64,000 nucleotides of DNA from a virus (IMGVR_UViG_3300044949_001245:24604-88603); one strand, 5' to 3'. Numbered from the stretch's first letter, positions 46,418-57,033 are shown. Made by a program: numbers and translations. The notes: generated by a model not told the origin, from the letters alone.

Positions 46418-46687
46418 TTAATCTCCAAAAACCTCTATTGACTCTTGCTCTGCTTTGAATATGCCGCCTGCCTCAAAGGATGGTTTCTGTATCACTCTCA
46501 TGCCTTTATATTCCTTCAAAATCACTCCGACATTATCAATGTTATCAACCATCTGTTTAGGCAATCCTATTTTTAATGTATAATAGGACATGGAACCCAT
46601 TACGATGATTTTTGGAGTGATACCTTTTTTTGTAAGTTGGTTAGTTCTTTCCTCAATTTCCAACTCAATGTCTTTCAGCTTTTTCAT
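46418..46687 (-). CDS. hypothetical protein
   Basis: 89 aa, coupled to helicase. Confidence 0.45.
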   Translation of the reverse strand: MKKLKDIELEIEERTNQLTKKGITPKIIVMGSMSYYTLKIGLPKQMVDNIDNVGVILKEYKGMRVIQKPSFEAGGIFKAEQESIEVFGD

Positions 46688-48171
46688 ACAACTTCATCTA
46701 AATTTAACAACTTCTTTACTTCTCTGGTTGCTGTTTCATAATCGTTCAAGTAAACTAACTTTGATTTTGCTCTAGTTATTGCTACATACTTGAGATTTTC
46801 CTCTTGTTTTAACTCCCATTCCTGTTCGGCAAATTTACTGGGTATGAGTTCAGGACACAAGATATGAACAGCCTCATTTTCCAATCCTTTCGCTTTATGA
46901 ATAGTTGATAAACAAACTCCCTTTCCCGCATCCTTGAATATGTCCTTTATTCGCTGCTTCAAATCTTTAGTGTAAATCAAGTCATATGATAGTATCGTCA
47001 ACACATCTATCCTATTCCTCAATGAGTCAATTTTATCCGTGTTATCAGGATTTTTGACACCCAGATTTTTTAACTTTCTACGCTCACCCATCAACGTTGC
47101 GACTAGTTTAGCCTTCATGGTCTTGATATTGGTGCTAGCAGTCTTGTTTACCATCGAAATCAACCCCATTCCTATATCGTCACCCCTCACATACGACTTA
47201 ATATCATTTGCTAACAAATAAAGGTTCATTATGACCAGTGGCTTTACATTTCTACATAAAACCCAATCACCATCCTTGATATCCGCTATGAAGCCTGATT
47301 TGACTTCTCCATCATCTTTATCTTCAAATGCTTCTATTTGAGGATTGATTTTTTTAGCTTCAGCAATAATTCTCTTTCCACATCTGTAATTAACCGACAA
47401 GGGCAACTCTTTGGTGTTCGGGAAAAGATTTTTCAAGTTATCATAACTATCAACATCAGCACCCGCAAATCCGTAAATTGCTTGATTTGGGTCTCCAACC
47501 GCTATCATCCGACCTCTTTTTGTTTTTATCTTTGATACAATCATCTGCTGTATTTTGGATAAATCCTGACTTTCATCGACAAAAACTAAATCGAATTTGT
47601 TCAAGGTGACGCCATCTTTTATTGTCCTGTATATCATGTCTGTAAAGTCAAATGTCTTTTTATCCTTATTCATCAAAGACAATATCTCCAGAATGTATTT
47701 TCCATCATCCTCAGACAGCAAGAACGAATGTTTGTCGCCTAACTTAATGACGCCATCGACATCTTCTATGTAATTCTGTCTAATCAAGTCTAGCATATTG
47801 GAATAAACATACATGTAAAAGTTCAGTTTCTCTTTTTCTATTCCTTTACTCAGACAAACCTTTTCAATCAACTTTATGGACTTATTTGGTCTCAACTCGC
47901 ACTTAAATCCGTAATGAGTCATTAAGGCTTTCCAACAGAATGAATGCATGGTTGTCACATTGACGCCCTCCCTTTTTACTCTATTCCTCAACTCATCCAC
48001 TATGGCGTTGTTAAACGCTAAAAACACGCTGGTATAACTCTCATCAACTCTGTTCAAACACTCTACCAGAGTGGTTGTCTTTCCTGAACCCGCAACGGCA
48101 GAAATGACCAGACTTGTCCTACCACTCTCAACTTCTTTGAAAATGGATTTTTGATATTTTGAGTATTCCAT
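46684..48171 (-). CDS. UvrD/Rep superfamily-1 helicase (start revised to ATG 48171)
   Basis: AVAGSGKT, VDESQD, VGDPNQAIYGF.GA, NYRC, TIHKAKGLE, YVAITRA. Confidence 0.9.
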   Translation of the reverse strand: MEYSKYQKSIFKEVESGRTSLVISAVAGSGKTTTLVECLNRVDESYTSVFLAFNNAIVDELRNRVKREGVNVTTMHSFCWKALMTHYGFKCELRPNKSIKLIEKVCLSKGIEKEKLNFYMYVYSNMLDLIRQNYIEDVDGVIKLGDKHSFLLSEDDGKYILEILSLMNKDKKTFDFTDMIYRTIKDGVTLNKFDLVFVDESQDLSKIQQMIVSKIKTKRGRMIAVGDPNQAIYGFAGADVDSYDNLKNLFPNTKELPLSVNYRCGKRIIAEAKKINPQIEAFEDKDDGEVKSGFIADIKDGDWVLCRNVKPLVIMNLYLLANDIKSYVRGDDIGMGLISMVNKTASTNIKTMKAKLVATLMGERRKLKNLGVKNPDNTDKIDSLRNRIDVLTILSYDLIYTKDLKQRIKDIFKDAGKGVCLSTIHKAKGLENEAVHILCPELIPSKFAEQEWELKQEENLKYVAITRAKSKLVYLNDYETATREVKKLLNLDEVV

Positions 48172-48172
48172 A

Positions 48173-48493
48173 CTATGAAAAATATCTCCAAATATGATTT
48201 TCTGAAAACATGAAAGATTTTTCTTGCTGGTTCTGAAACTTGAAGTCAAACCTAGCCAAGTAATTATGTACATCAGCCTCAGAAAAGACATCGGCAAGTA
48301 CAAACTCCGTCACGTCAATTCCTGTGAATGTCATGTAGGGCAAGGCTGAAACCGAACCACCCACTGGTGGCTCAAAAGAAATCACTTTGAAAAACCTAGA
48401 CTCACCCGCAATTTCAATTTCCAAAATGTTTTTTCCGCTATTGACCAAAGCTAGTATGGCCAATCTTTTGCTACTATAATTCCCCATTGTCAA
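48173..48493 (-). CDS. hypothetical protein (start uncertain)
   Basis: Fills the gap between genes. Confidence 0.35.
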   Translation of the reverse strand: MTMGNYSSKRLAILALVNSGKNILEIEIAGESRFFKVISFEPPVGGSVSALPYMTFTGIDVTEFVLADVFSEADVHNYLARFDFKFQNQQEKSFMFSENHIWRYFS

Positions 48494-49100
48494 TCAATTT
48501 TTTTAGTTTCTCTTTTATTTTCCTGATGGAGCTGTAATACTTACTCACAGTCGCATCTTCGTTATTAACTATGAACTCATCCTTTTTTTCGTACTTCAAC
48601 TTGGATTCAAGAACTCTTTTATCAAATTCATCCAAGCCTAGATTGTTAATAGTCAAACTTAAACTTTCATAATCAAAATCATTTGTGACAAAGGTATCCA
48701 TGGCGAACAATTCATAATCTTTTTGAACCTCCAGCTTGCGAACTTCCTTGTAAAACATTCTGTAGAAATTCCTAGACAACGACTTATTGAAATAGAAATA
48801 GAAACAATTTCTCTTTGACACTTGAAAATTTTCAACGCACTTCATCATTACAATAAATGCTTCGGCATACATTTCATCTTCTTCAAAGCACTGTTCCGTG
48901 ACCGCTGAGTTCCTAGACAAACTTGCGTAATTCTTTACATTCTTGACTATGATGCGCTTCATCAATTTGAATAAATTGACTTTGGCAGCATCGGTTGCGC
49001 TGCCAATCCCATTACCCCTCTTTATCATCAAAACGTATCTTGATGCTAGTTTCCTATTGAATTTCGGGTCATCGTAATCAAAAATTTGAAAGTATCTCAC
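48474..49100 (-). CDS. phage sigma-factor-like protein
   Basis: Region-2-like EEDEMYAEAFIVMMKCVENF....F..YF; region-4-like C-terminus. Confidence 0.55.
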   Translation of the reverse strand: MRYFQIFDYDDPKFNRKLASRYVLMIKRGNGIGSATDAAKVNLFKLMKRIIVKNVKNYASLSRNSAVTEQCFEEDEMYAEAFIVMMKCVENFQVSKRNCFYFYFNKSLSRNFYRMFYKEVRKLEVQKDYELFAMDTFVTNDFDYESLSLTINNLGLDEFDKRVLESKLKYEKKDEFIVNNEDATVSKYYSSIRKIKEKLKKLIDNGEL

Positions 49101-49102
49101 AT

Positions 49103-49444
49103 TTATTCGCCTTTGTATTTTTTTATTAAATCCTTATTTTTTTCATATTTCTGTTCCTTAATTTCCTTTTGATAATGCTGTTTCGACCTCTGCTTTAATT
49201 GTTCCTGTCTTTTAGCAATACCACTCTTGCCCGTTCCTGTTCCAAAATAAATTGTTGCGTCAGTCCAATCTATTTTACGCTCAATCCAAACCAACGGCAC
49301 GTTATTTTTAGGATTGACCAACACTTTATTGTACTTGTCCTTATACACTATCCCTGAACCAGAAATAACACTTTTGTATTCCACAATATGGAACTCTTCA
49401 TCGGTTTCTGGGCACTTGAAATTTGGCTCTCTCATATTACACAT
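49103..49444 (-). CDS. hypothetical protein
   Basis: 113 aa with basic C-terminus. Confidence 0.5.
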   Translation of the reverse strand: MCNMREPNFKCPETDEEFHIVEYKSVISGSGIVYKDKYNKVLVNPKNNVPLVWIERKIDWTDATIYFGTGTGKSGIAKRQEQLKQRSKQHYQKEIKEQKYEKNKDLIKKYKGE

Positions 49445-49988
49445 TTATTTTTGATTTCAACAAGTGAAGAATATGAATAGCATCAGCTTCATTATCATCC
49501 TCCCCTTGATATCCCCATAAACTTTTGGCATATTCAATCATAACCTCTTTATTGGCATTCCCCTTACTAGTAGCAAATTTCTTAATCTCTGAGGCAGCAA
49601 ACTCAATATACTCCACCTCATTCTCCACGCACACTTTCTCAATAATCGCTATCAGTTTTGATGAATGTATTATTGGGTTGATATTCCTACCTGACGGCAA
49701 CTCATAGGCAATTATTTCTATGTTATTCTGCTGGATAAATTTAAGCAATCTAGCTTCAAAACGTATCCATTTCATGCCCTGACTCTCTTTACTACCTATC
49801 TTCAAATCCCACAGCTCAACTTTGAATTCATCGGTGTTTGAAGCCTGATATGCCACTCCGCACTTCGTTGCTTGGTCAAAGGCTGCGATATTCATCAAAG
49901 GTTGTTTTTTAGACAACTTTAATTGTTTGGCTCTGCCGACCTTATCATCAATCAACTTTTGCTTCGCTTTACTTCTAGTTTTTGTCAT
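49437..49988 (-). CDS. RuvC-like Holliday junction resolvase
   Basis: AFDQAT.CG, AYE, IKKFAT.KGNA.KE.M, DDNEADA. Confidence 0.8.
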   Translation of the reverse strand: MTKTRSKAKQKLIDDKVGRAKQLKLSKKQPLMNIAAFDQATKCGVAYQASNTDEFKVELWDLKIGSKESQGMKWIRFEARLLKFIQQNNIEIIAYELPSGRNINPIIHSSKLIAIIEKVCVENEVEYIEFAASEIKKFATSKGNANKEVMIEYAKSLWGYQGEDDNEADAIHILHLLKSKINV

Positions 49989-51849
49989 ATCTCATCAGTG
50001 TACTAACACCATTTATTTTTTCTACATAAATTTCATTCTCTGCTCCTATCGGGTCATTCCTGTGACTAACAACCATCGTGGTTACCCCCAAAGTCTCAAG
50101 TATGTTCAGTACATCTTTTTGTCCTGTAGTGTCTAGTCCTTCAAAAACTTCATCCAACCCTAGAAAATTAAACCCACCATTCTTGGCAGACATATTCATC
50201 AGTTTTTGAAGTCCTGCTATACAAGCCAAATTGACTCTCCCCTTTTCCCCACCGCTGTATCGTTCAAAACTTCCGCTGTTTATTCCATTACGAACTATCC
50301 AGATGGTTATTTTTTCCCGAACATCATTATTTTTGAGAACTTTGTAACCTTCAATTTTCACTTCCAAATTGGTATTAAATTTCTTTAGATATGAATTAGT
50401 GATGGTTTCGATGGTTTTGATAGACTGGTTGGTCAGATACGTCATAAACCCCTTTTTTGAGAAATGATATATCCAATAATCCAAATCTTGTGACTTTCCA
50501 ATAGCCATATCCAGCTTGGTCTGTTCCTCTTTCAGTGAGGCTTGGTAATTTTCCTTTTTGGTTTTCAGACTTTGTAGCACTGCTTTATTTTTTGAGTCAT
50601 CAACCATTTCCCTTATTTTATCCTTTAGCTCAGTGATGCTTGATTGCGCTAATTTAATCTTTTTTTCATAACTCCGAATTTCTAACAAACAGTTATCAAT
50701 AGTTTGTTTCAAATTGCGTATCTCCCGATGGATTGATTCACTCTTTTTAAGTTGCTCCTGTTGTTCACTCAAAGCATCATTGTATTTTTCTAACAACTTT
50801 CTTTTCTTGGCTATGTGTTGTTTAGCATCCTCAATGAATCCAGGTATTTTTTTAACATCTACATCCTCACCCTCTTTCCACTCATGGCTACATTTTGGAC
50901 AAGTTGTTTTTCCTTTCAAAATCCTATTCATCTGCTCTATCAAATCCAACGCTTCATCAATCTCAGATTTTTCCTTTCTCGCTTTCTTTCGGCTTTCCTC
51001 TATATTTGACTCAATTTCGCTGGTATCCTCCAGTTTCTTATCCAAGCTCAATACTTTACTCTCCGCTGCTTTAATCTCATCCTGCAGCTCATTCTTTGAG
51101 TTTTCAAAACGCTTTATTTTTGCCTTTTCATCCTCAATTTGATATTCAATACGTTCTATTTTTTCATCAATCCTTTTTTGTCCATTTTCAATCTCATCCT
51201 GAATTTGGCTATCAGTCAACTCAATAAAGTTCTCAAACCTCTGAACCGACTTCTCAAGCTCAGTGACTACGGCATCGAACTTCTTTTTGTTCTGCTTTAG
51301 ATTTTCTATTTTACTTTCAATCAAATCGGCATTAGTCAGCCTTGAAATAATTTTCTTTTGTTCGGCATCGCCAGCGGTCAAAAATGAATAATTCGTATCT
51401 TGTCCGACTATGAAAAAATGAAGCAAATCCTCCCTAGATATTCCTATCAGTTGATATATTGCGTCATTGGCTTCATTGACTGAAGTAATCTGTCTATCCA
51501 ACTCGCCATCTTTCCAAATTTCTACTCTAGCAGATTTTGTTCTGTGAATCCATCTTTTGATGACTAGATTTTTCACGTTGGACACTCCGTTCTCCAACTC
51601 CATTTCTACATAGCACTCATCCTCGCCATCGTGAATGAATTCCTCTCTATTTACATCACGACAGGTCTTACCAGTCATGGCTAGTGTTATTCCCTCAATC
51701 AATCCACTTTTACCACTACCATTACTATCAGCCCCTTGGTCAGTGTGATTTTTTCCGAAAATCATCACGCACTTATTCCGCAAGAACTTGTACTCTGTAT
51801 CTACGTGGGAGAACAGGTTTTGAATCTTTATTTTGTTTGGTTGCCACAT
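49975..51849 (-). CDS. SbcC/Rad50-like (gp46-like) ATPase
   Basis: NGSGKS, CPKC zinc hook, YSGGEKGR signature, LDEVFEGLD. Confidence 0.9.
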   Translation of the reverse strand: MWQPNKIKIQNLFSHVDTEYKFLRNKCVMIFGKNHTDQGADSNGSGKSGLIEGITLAMTGKTCRDVNREEFIHDGEDECYVEMELENGVSNVKNLVIKRWIHRTKSARVEIWKDGELDRQITSVNEANDAIYQLIGISREDLLHFFIVGQDTNYSFLTAGDAEQKKIISRLTNADLIESKIENLKQNKKKFDAVVTELEKSVQRFENFIELTDSQIQDEIENGQKRIDEKIERIEYQIEDEKAKIKRFENSKNELQDEIKAAESKVLSLDKKLEDTSEIESNIEESRKKARKEKSEIDEALDLIEQMNRILKGKTTCPKCSHEWKEGEDVDVKKIPGFIEDAKQHIAKKRKLLEKYNDALSEQQEQLKKSESIHREIRNLKQTIDNCLLEIRSYEKKIKLAQSSITELKDKIREMVDDSKNKAVLQSLKTKKENYQASLKEEQTKLDMAIGKSQDLDYWIYHFSKKGFMTYLTNQSIKTIETITNSYLKKFNTNLEVKIEGYKVLKNNDVREKITIWIVRNGINSGSFERYSGGEKGRVNLACIAGLQKLMNMSAKNGGFNFLGLDEVFEGLDTTGQKDVLNILETLGVTTMVVSHRNDPIGAENEIYVEKINGVSTLMRYDKN

Positions 51850-52210
51850 ATCTTATTCTGTTTGGACTTACTACAAATCGGTATCTTGGAGAAATCATTT
51901 TATGATTAACCAACTCCTTTATTTTTAACTCTGCCTTTGATGGTCCAGCCTTGCTTAAAACTTCATCGGCATGTTGAATGGCTTCCTTGGGTGATTTGAA
52001 AAAATCTGACACCCTTGCGCCCGAAATCCCCTCTGAAACCACCCAAACCACTTCGCCATCCTTAATCATTTTATGAAGAAAAAAATCGAACTTGTCAAAG
52101 CCTTTGATTTTCACTTTCATGGCTTTCAGCACTTCTTCAAAATAGTCCGACTTCCTGAGCCAAAAGGCATTGTTTATTTGTACGAATGAATTAAATCTCA
52201 CTATAATCAT
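51773..52210 (-). CDS. hypothetical protein
   Basis: 145 aa between the SbcD-like and SbcC-like genes. Confidence 0.45.
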   Translation of the reverse strand: MIIVRFNSFVQINNAFWLRKSDYFEEVLKAMKVKIKGFDKFDFFLHKMIKDGEVVWVVSEGISGARVSDFFKSPKEAIQHADEVLSKAGPSKAELKIKELVNHKMISPRYRFVVSPNRIRYVATKQNKDSKPVLPRRYRVQVLAE

Positions 52211-53237
52211 CTTTCAAAATTTTGAGCCCCACACTTCGCTTATCAGCTGGTATTTCTTGTACCTTACAATATTGTAGAAAATGCTTCAAAATAGTTTTCA
52301 TATCGAATTGAGTAAAATTATCACCATCTACTTCTACAATGCCGGCAGATGAGTCTTCATTTTCAAACTTACAATCTATTCCTACATCGGTGAACCTACT
52401 CAATGTTATTTTGTCTAAATCAGTTTTTTTACCTACAAAAATAAATCTTACATGGTCTTTGGAATTTGAATGTACCTCCAGCTCATTTTCAATCGCAGTG
52501 GCATCTGACGCATCAATCCGTACTTTTTTGTATTTTGGAAATTCTGACTCCCTGAATTTTATCGAACCATCGCTGTACAATATCGTGAAGCCTTTGTCTG
52601 TGATATTCTCTCCATAGTTTGCTTGATACGCTGACCCTATGTAGAATATGTTATCACCGACCTCGCTAGCATCATGGTAGTGTCCCACCAGAACTTTATC
52701 CCAGAACTTCATTCTTGACGGAGCAATTCCATCCTCCACTATGCTACCATCGTTGTTACGAACTCCGTTGAAAGACTTGTGAGTGATGAGTATGTTTTTC
52801 TTGGCTTTCTTTTTACCTACTTGTGCTTCAAGTTGCTCTAGCCTATCGGTATATGAAGCAGTAAAATACGGCAGAAATGCCACGCATACATCGCCAAATT
52901 GCTCATAGCCTTGCGAACTGAATAACTGGAGAACTCCGAACTGTGAGAACACATCCAGATAGCTTGCTTCTGCGTCTTGGTCTGTTTTGTCGTGATTGCC
53001 TGGTATTCCATGAATCATCACTCCATTTTCTTCAGCATGTTCCAAAACACGTTTCATAGAAAGCAAGGTGGATAGATTTTGACCTATTCTGTTAGTGAAC
53101 CAATCGCCAGCGTGAAAAATTCTCCTACACCCCAGCTCCACTGATAGCAAAACGGCTTGTCTAAATATGTCCTCAACCAAGTTCAAATTATCTTTGTTCT
53201 TGTGAGTATCTGTTAAAATTACAGCTACAGGCTTCAT
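52191..53237 (-). CDS. SbcD/Mre11-like metallophosphoesterase nuclease
   Basis: TDTH, AGDWF, PGNHD, GHYH, GSAYQ. Confidence 0.88.
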   Translation of the reverse strand: MKPVAVILTDTHKNKDNLNLVEDIFRQAVLLSVELGCRRIFHAGDWFTNRIGQNLSTLLSMKRVLEHAEENGVMIHGIPGNHDKTDQDAEASYLDVFSQFGVLQLFSSQGYEQFGDVCVAFLPYFTASYTDRLEQLEAQVGKKKAKKNILITHKSFNGVRNNDGSIVEDGIAPSRMKFWDKVLVGHYHDASEVGDNIFYIGSAYQANYGENITDKGFTILYSDGSIKFRESEFPKYKKVRIDASDATAIENELEVHSNSKDHVRFIFVGKKTDLDKITLSRFTDVGIDCKFENEDSSAGIVEVDGDNFTQFDMKTILKHFLQYCKVQEIPADKRSVGLKILKDDYSEI

Positions 53238-54310
53238 ACGTTTCTTTCTTCAATCAATTGCTTATGTCTGGCTTTCATAATCATCTTGGTCATCAACCCT
53301 AACAACTTCTGGTCGCCACTTTCATAAAGTTCAAAAAATGTTCTTTTACTTCTCCATTCTAGTTTGTCCTTGAAAGAAAAAACTGTTTTTGTCTTTTGTT
53401 GTATTATTCCTTGCTTAATTCCGAAATCAATATCGTCATCAGACAAAATTATTCCCCTACCTAGCAAGATAGTCAGCTTGGTCTTTTTCCTAGAACCAAA
53501 GTCATTTTTAATAACTTTGACCTCACTTATTTGAGCCACTTCTACCTCGTCAATTTTTTCGTGACCTATGACGCCCATTTGAAGTCTGAGGCAAGGGAAA
53601 AACTCAACCCATTTACCGCCAGTGGAAGACTTGCCTCCCATTCCCCCCATTTTATCATAAACGTGGTTCAGCATCACGAAATGGATAGTGGTGCTGTACA
53701 TTTCGGCTGTAATGTATTTCGCAAACATTTTAGCTTGTTTAGCAAACGCACCCATCTGGGCATGCTTCAAGTCTGCCTCTTTGTCCTTTTCCATAGCCTT
53801 TTCCATAGCCTTGGTATTTTCTTCCATGGTGTCTAGTTCCGCTTTCGCTAGTGTGGCTCCAAGTGAGTCCCAGAGAAAGTAAAACAAAGGTGTTCCCCAT
53901 TCTTCTTCAATAAAAATCTCTTTGGAATCATTTATGATTTTCTTCACTTTCATAAACATGTCCTCCACGTATCTGATTTTCAAAATAACAACTCGCTCAG
54001 GATTGATACCCAGTTTGGTCGCATACTCCTTGTTATCTCTATTCTCTGATGATAGAATGACAGCCACTCCGTTCTCATTAACATCTAAAAAATGTTTCAT
54101 GCCTAGCAATCCCAATGTAGTTTTGCCCGACCTAGATGGACCAGCTATCTCCACCATACCAGTTGGTATTCCTAAAACACCCAAGTTGTATTCAAGTTCT
54201 GGACTTCCAGTGAATGCCCAACTTTTAATATCCTTGAAGTTGTCCTTGTCTGAGAACTTGATTATGTCCTCGTTGTCAAATTTCTTGACTAGTCTGTCTG
54301 CAATTCCCAT
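53234..54310 (-). CDS. RecA/UvsX-like recombinase
   Basis: GIPTG.VEIAGP.RSGKTT, WDSL, STGG, VIKN. Confidence 0.85.
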   Translation of the reverse strand: MGIADRLVKKFDNEDIIKFSDKDNFKDIKSWAFTGSPELEYNLGVLGIPTGMVEIAGPSRSGKTTLGLLGMKHFLDVNENGVAVILSSENRDNKEYATKLGINPERVVILKIRYVEDMFMKVKKIINDSKEIFIEEEWGTPLFYFLWDSLGATLAKAELDTMEENTKAMEKAMEKDKEADLKHAQMGAFAKQAKMFAKYITAEMYSTTIHFVMLNHVYDKMGGMGGKSSTGGKWVEFFPCLRLQMGVIGHEKIDEVEVAQISEVKVIKNDFGSRKKTKLTILLGRGIILSDDDIDFGIKQGIIQQKTKTVFSFKDKLEWRSKRTFFELYESGDQKLLGLMTKMIMKARHKQLIEERNV

Positions 54311-54324
54311 ATTTCTTTAGAATT

Positions 54325-54355
54325 AAAAAATGGGTGTCATTTTCACAACACCCAT
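54325..54355 (-). terminator. intrinsic terminator
   Basis: ATGGGTGT...ACACCCAT followed by a T tract. Confidence 0.7.
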
Positions 54356-54367
54356 CTTGGTTTTGAA

Positions 54368-55558
54368 TTATTTATTACCTTTTAATCGTGCTCTGATATC
54401 AGCCATAGACAATGAGCCATCGTTGTCGTCATCCTCATCCTCCTCATCATCCGTATCATCGGATGAGCTTTCGGCTTTACGGATGGCATCACGAATGTCG
54501 TCATCTTCCATAGATTTTTTGACAACCACATCAAGCTCATTCTCTTGAATATACTTTTTCAAACCAATCCTGTCTAGCTTGGAAAGTTTATCTGCTGGCT
54601 TCACATCTTCATCTTCATCATCCTCTTCATCTTCATCATCCTCTTCTGGCTCTGGCTTCGCTGTCTTTTTAGCAGCTGGCTTTGAAGTTGCTTTGTTTGA
54701 CTTTTTAGGTTTCTCATCCTCTTCATCCTCTTCACCACCCTCGTATTGAGCCTTGACTTCTTCAACTATGGCTAACCAACTGTCGTCATCAAACGCATCC
54801 ACTTCGTGTTTTGCGTCAAAATACTTGAGCCCCTCCAGAGCAGTTTCAAACTGAGACATTCCGTAAACATTCGTGTAAAGTTCCGCCAATGGCTTTGCTT
54901 TATCGAACTGCTCCAACTCAGCATCAGTCAGTGGTATGGCTTTTTTACCTACCTGAACATCATAGAAATCTTCACCTTTTTTCTTGTTAGGCTTTGGATT
55001 GAACTTAATCAATAAAGGCAATCCCTCATCTGGGTCAGTGAATGGGTCAACTTCAATAGGCTCATCCTCATCTTCTACAAAGGTTGCCTTATTTATGGCA
55101 TCACGAACAGTCTTTTTGAAAGCTAAAAGTCCGAACTCATTACTGTCCTTTTCAATTTTCAGAGCATAAGCAATAAAGTGGTGCTGTGCGCTCAACCCAT
55201 CTTTCCAATGCGTGATTGCGTCAAGTGTTTCCTTATCGGTTACATTTTTCTTACACCAATTAACATACTCTTGGATGATGTCTTTTTTAGTTCCACCATG
55301 AACCTTTGAATCCAATACAGTTCTGCGAACTTCCTCACCCTCATCGTTCTCCATGGTCAACCAATAACGCTTTCGCATTAAATAGTAATCCACTCCGTCA
55401 TGAGGTGGGAACAATCTGAACTTGTTTGTCTTGTTCTCCTCAATTTCTAAAAATTCAGAGCCACCGCCAGAACTTCCGACAATAGCATCTTCCTGCTGGA
55501 CTTTTTTCTTCAGGTCTTCCAGCTTAACTGGTTTGTACTTGTCTCTCAATGTTGCCAT
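54368..55558 (-). CDS. probable single-stranded DNA-binding protein (gp32-like) with long acidic tail
   Basis: NKFRLFPP, DPFTDPDEG, acidic C-terminus; located next to RecA. Confidence 0.6.
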   Translation of the reverse strand: MATLRDKYKPVKLEDLKKKVQQEDAIVGSSGGGSEFLEIEENKTNKFRLFPPHDGVDYYLMRKRYWLTMENDEGEEVRRTVLDSKVHGGTKKDIIQEYVNWCKKNVTDKETLDAITHWKDGLSAQHHFIAYALKIEKDSNEFGLLAFKKTVRDAINKATFVEDEDEPIEVDPFTDPDEGLPLLIKFNPKPNKKKGEDFYDVQVGKKAIPLTDAELEQFDKAKPLAELYTNVYGMSQFETALEGLKYFDAKHEVDAFDDDSWLAIVEEVKAQYEGGEEDEEDEKPKKSNKATSKPAAKKTAKPEPEEDDEDEEDDEDEDVKPADKLSKLDRIGLKKYIQENELDVVVKKSMEDDDIRDAIRKAESSSDDTDDEEDEDDDNDGSLSMADIRARLKGNK

Positions 55559-55593
55559 TTTACTTGTTTTTTAATTTATTATCATTAACTATG

Positions 55594-56139
55594 TTATTCC
55601 AAGTCACCCTTGATGCGCCCCTCTTTTATTTTGAAGTACACATTGTTTAGTTGCTGCTGAATTATCTTGTCGTCAATATCGCCAGTACGCAAAGTCATAC
55701 TCAGTTTATCTAGCTTATTGGACTTATCTTTAGCAGCCTGATAAATCGTGTACATGTACTCTTTTTCTTTTTGTATTTTCAAAAATACTTTCTTTTTGAC
55801 TTTCCATTTCGGGTCACTCAACAAAGCTGAATCCACTTCGTCAATTGTAGGCTTTTTTGACTTTCCTTTCTCATCGCTGATTTCCATTTCTTCACGCAAC
55901 TCCTTTTTTCGTTTCGCTTCAAAAATAGATAAATCCAACTTTGCCTCTTGAAGCTCATTATCCATATCAACGGCAAGCAATCCTAGCCTATTAACCACCA
56001 CTGGAAAGGTGACCAGTTCCGCCACTAGATTATCATAATCAATCCTCAAAAGTTTGTCCAAATCTAAATCTTCAAACTCTTGTACTTTGAAGACTAACAC
56101 TTTGTCTCCAATCGTGAATGTAAGTTCTCTTTTGCTCAT
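55594..56139 (-). CDS. UvsY-like recombination mediator
   Basis: Helical; KPTIDEVDSALLSDP motif; position beside SSB and RecA. Confidence 0.5.
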   Translation of the reverse strand: MSKRELTFTIGDKVLVFKVQEFEDLDLDKLLRIDYDNLVAELVTFPVVVNRLGLLAVDMDNELQEAKLDLSIFEAKRKKELREEMEISDEKGKSKKPTIDEVDSALLSDPKWKVKKKVFLKIQKEKEYMYTIYQAAKDKSNKLDKLSMTLRTGDIDDKIIQQQLNNVYFKIKEGRIKGDLE

Positions 56140-56408
56140 TACTCAATTATTTCTTTGTTAATAGAATTTCCAGCAACTTCGTTATGCTCAATCATCCGCT
56201 GTAGATAGTCTTGAGCCTTTAATAAATCCGTCATGTTGTTCCCCTTACTTGAACCAGGTCTTGTAAACCTATCCAAATACCTCTTAACATTTTCGGCACA
56301 CCAGATGTCACCTCTTTCTTTGGACACCCTGTAATTGGTCGAAATTTGGTCATACTCTTTTGCTCCGTACTTCGACCTGTTTGATTGTTCTAGTTGTTTA
56401 ACGTCCAT
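56139..56408 (-). CDS. DUF3310-like (T7 gp1.7 nucleotide-kinase-related) protein
   Basis: NVKRYL.R......K....DLLKA.DYL.R.IE. Confidence 0.55.
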   Translation of the reverse strand: MDVKQLEQSNRSKYGAKEYDQISTNYRVSKERGDIWCAENVKRYLDRFTRPGSSKGNNMTDLLKAQDYLQRMIEHNEVAGNSINKEIIE

Positions 56409-57033
56409 ATTTTGCGAAATTTAGTTTTTTGATATCATTCAATACTTTATCCTTAAACTCTGGATAATTGGTCTTCATCGTGGCCAAGCAATTACAGGCT
56501 GACTCCTTCACTTTGAAGGAACAATAATCATATTCTACAAATAGATTTTGGTTCCCCAATCGTATTTCTTTCTGAACGTAATACGACATGGACAGCCAGT
56601 CAGCCAATTTAACTATTGTTTTTGTAACTTCACTAACATCGCCCAACAAATTTTTTCTCAACATCAGATTGGTTGGAGTATTTTCCTTGAACTTCTCCCT
56701 AGTCATATTGTCGCAAAATTCATCAATCAATTTCTTTATTTTTTCTCCGTTAAATTCATTGTACTTAACAGTGTGACCTATATCACCCGAAAACATTTCA
56801 TCAAAGTCATGAAATAAGGCATACGTCACGACCTCCAATTTAAGGTGGTCATCATTGCTCTCCAATAGTTCCTCCACTAGTATTCTTGAGAACCAAGATA
56901 CAATAAAGGAATGGTGGGCAACAGACTCATTATTTATGCGCCCTAGTCCGTTCCATCGAATTAAATTATTGAGTTGGTCAAAGTCTGGGTCAGTGAATAT
57001 CCTGTCGAATATATTTTCCATATTATTTATCAT
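56398..57033 (-). CDS. HD-domain 5'-deoxynucleotidase (YfbR/DatZ-like)
   Basis: RW......ESVAHHS, ALFHDFDE..SGDI, VKLADWL. Confidence 0.8.
   Translation of the reverse strand: MINNMENIFDRIFTDPDFDQLNNLIRWNGLGRINNESVAHHSFIVSWFSRILVEELLESNDDHLKLEVVTYALFHDFDEMFSGDIGHTVKYNEFNGEKIKKLIDEFCDNMTREKFKENTPTNLMLRKNLLGDVSEVTKTIVKLADWLSMSYYVQKEIRLGNQNLFVEYDYCSFKVKESACNCLATMKTNYPEFKDKVLNDIKKLNFAKYGR

Noticed and set aside
56398-57033. Z-genome (2-aminoadenine) pathway suggested by the DatZ-like HD enzyme
   Set aside because: No purZ or mazZ in the window, and the TS-family and HMUDK genes point to hmU chemistry. Cannot be fully excluded without the rest of the genome.
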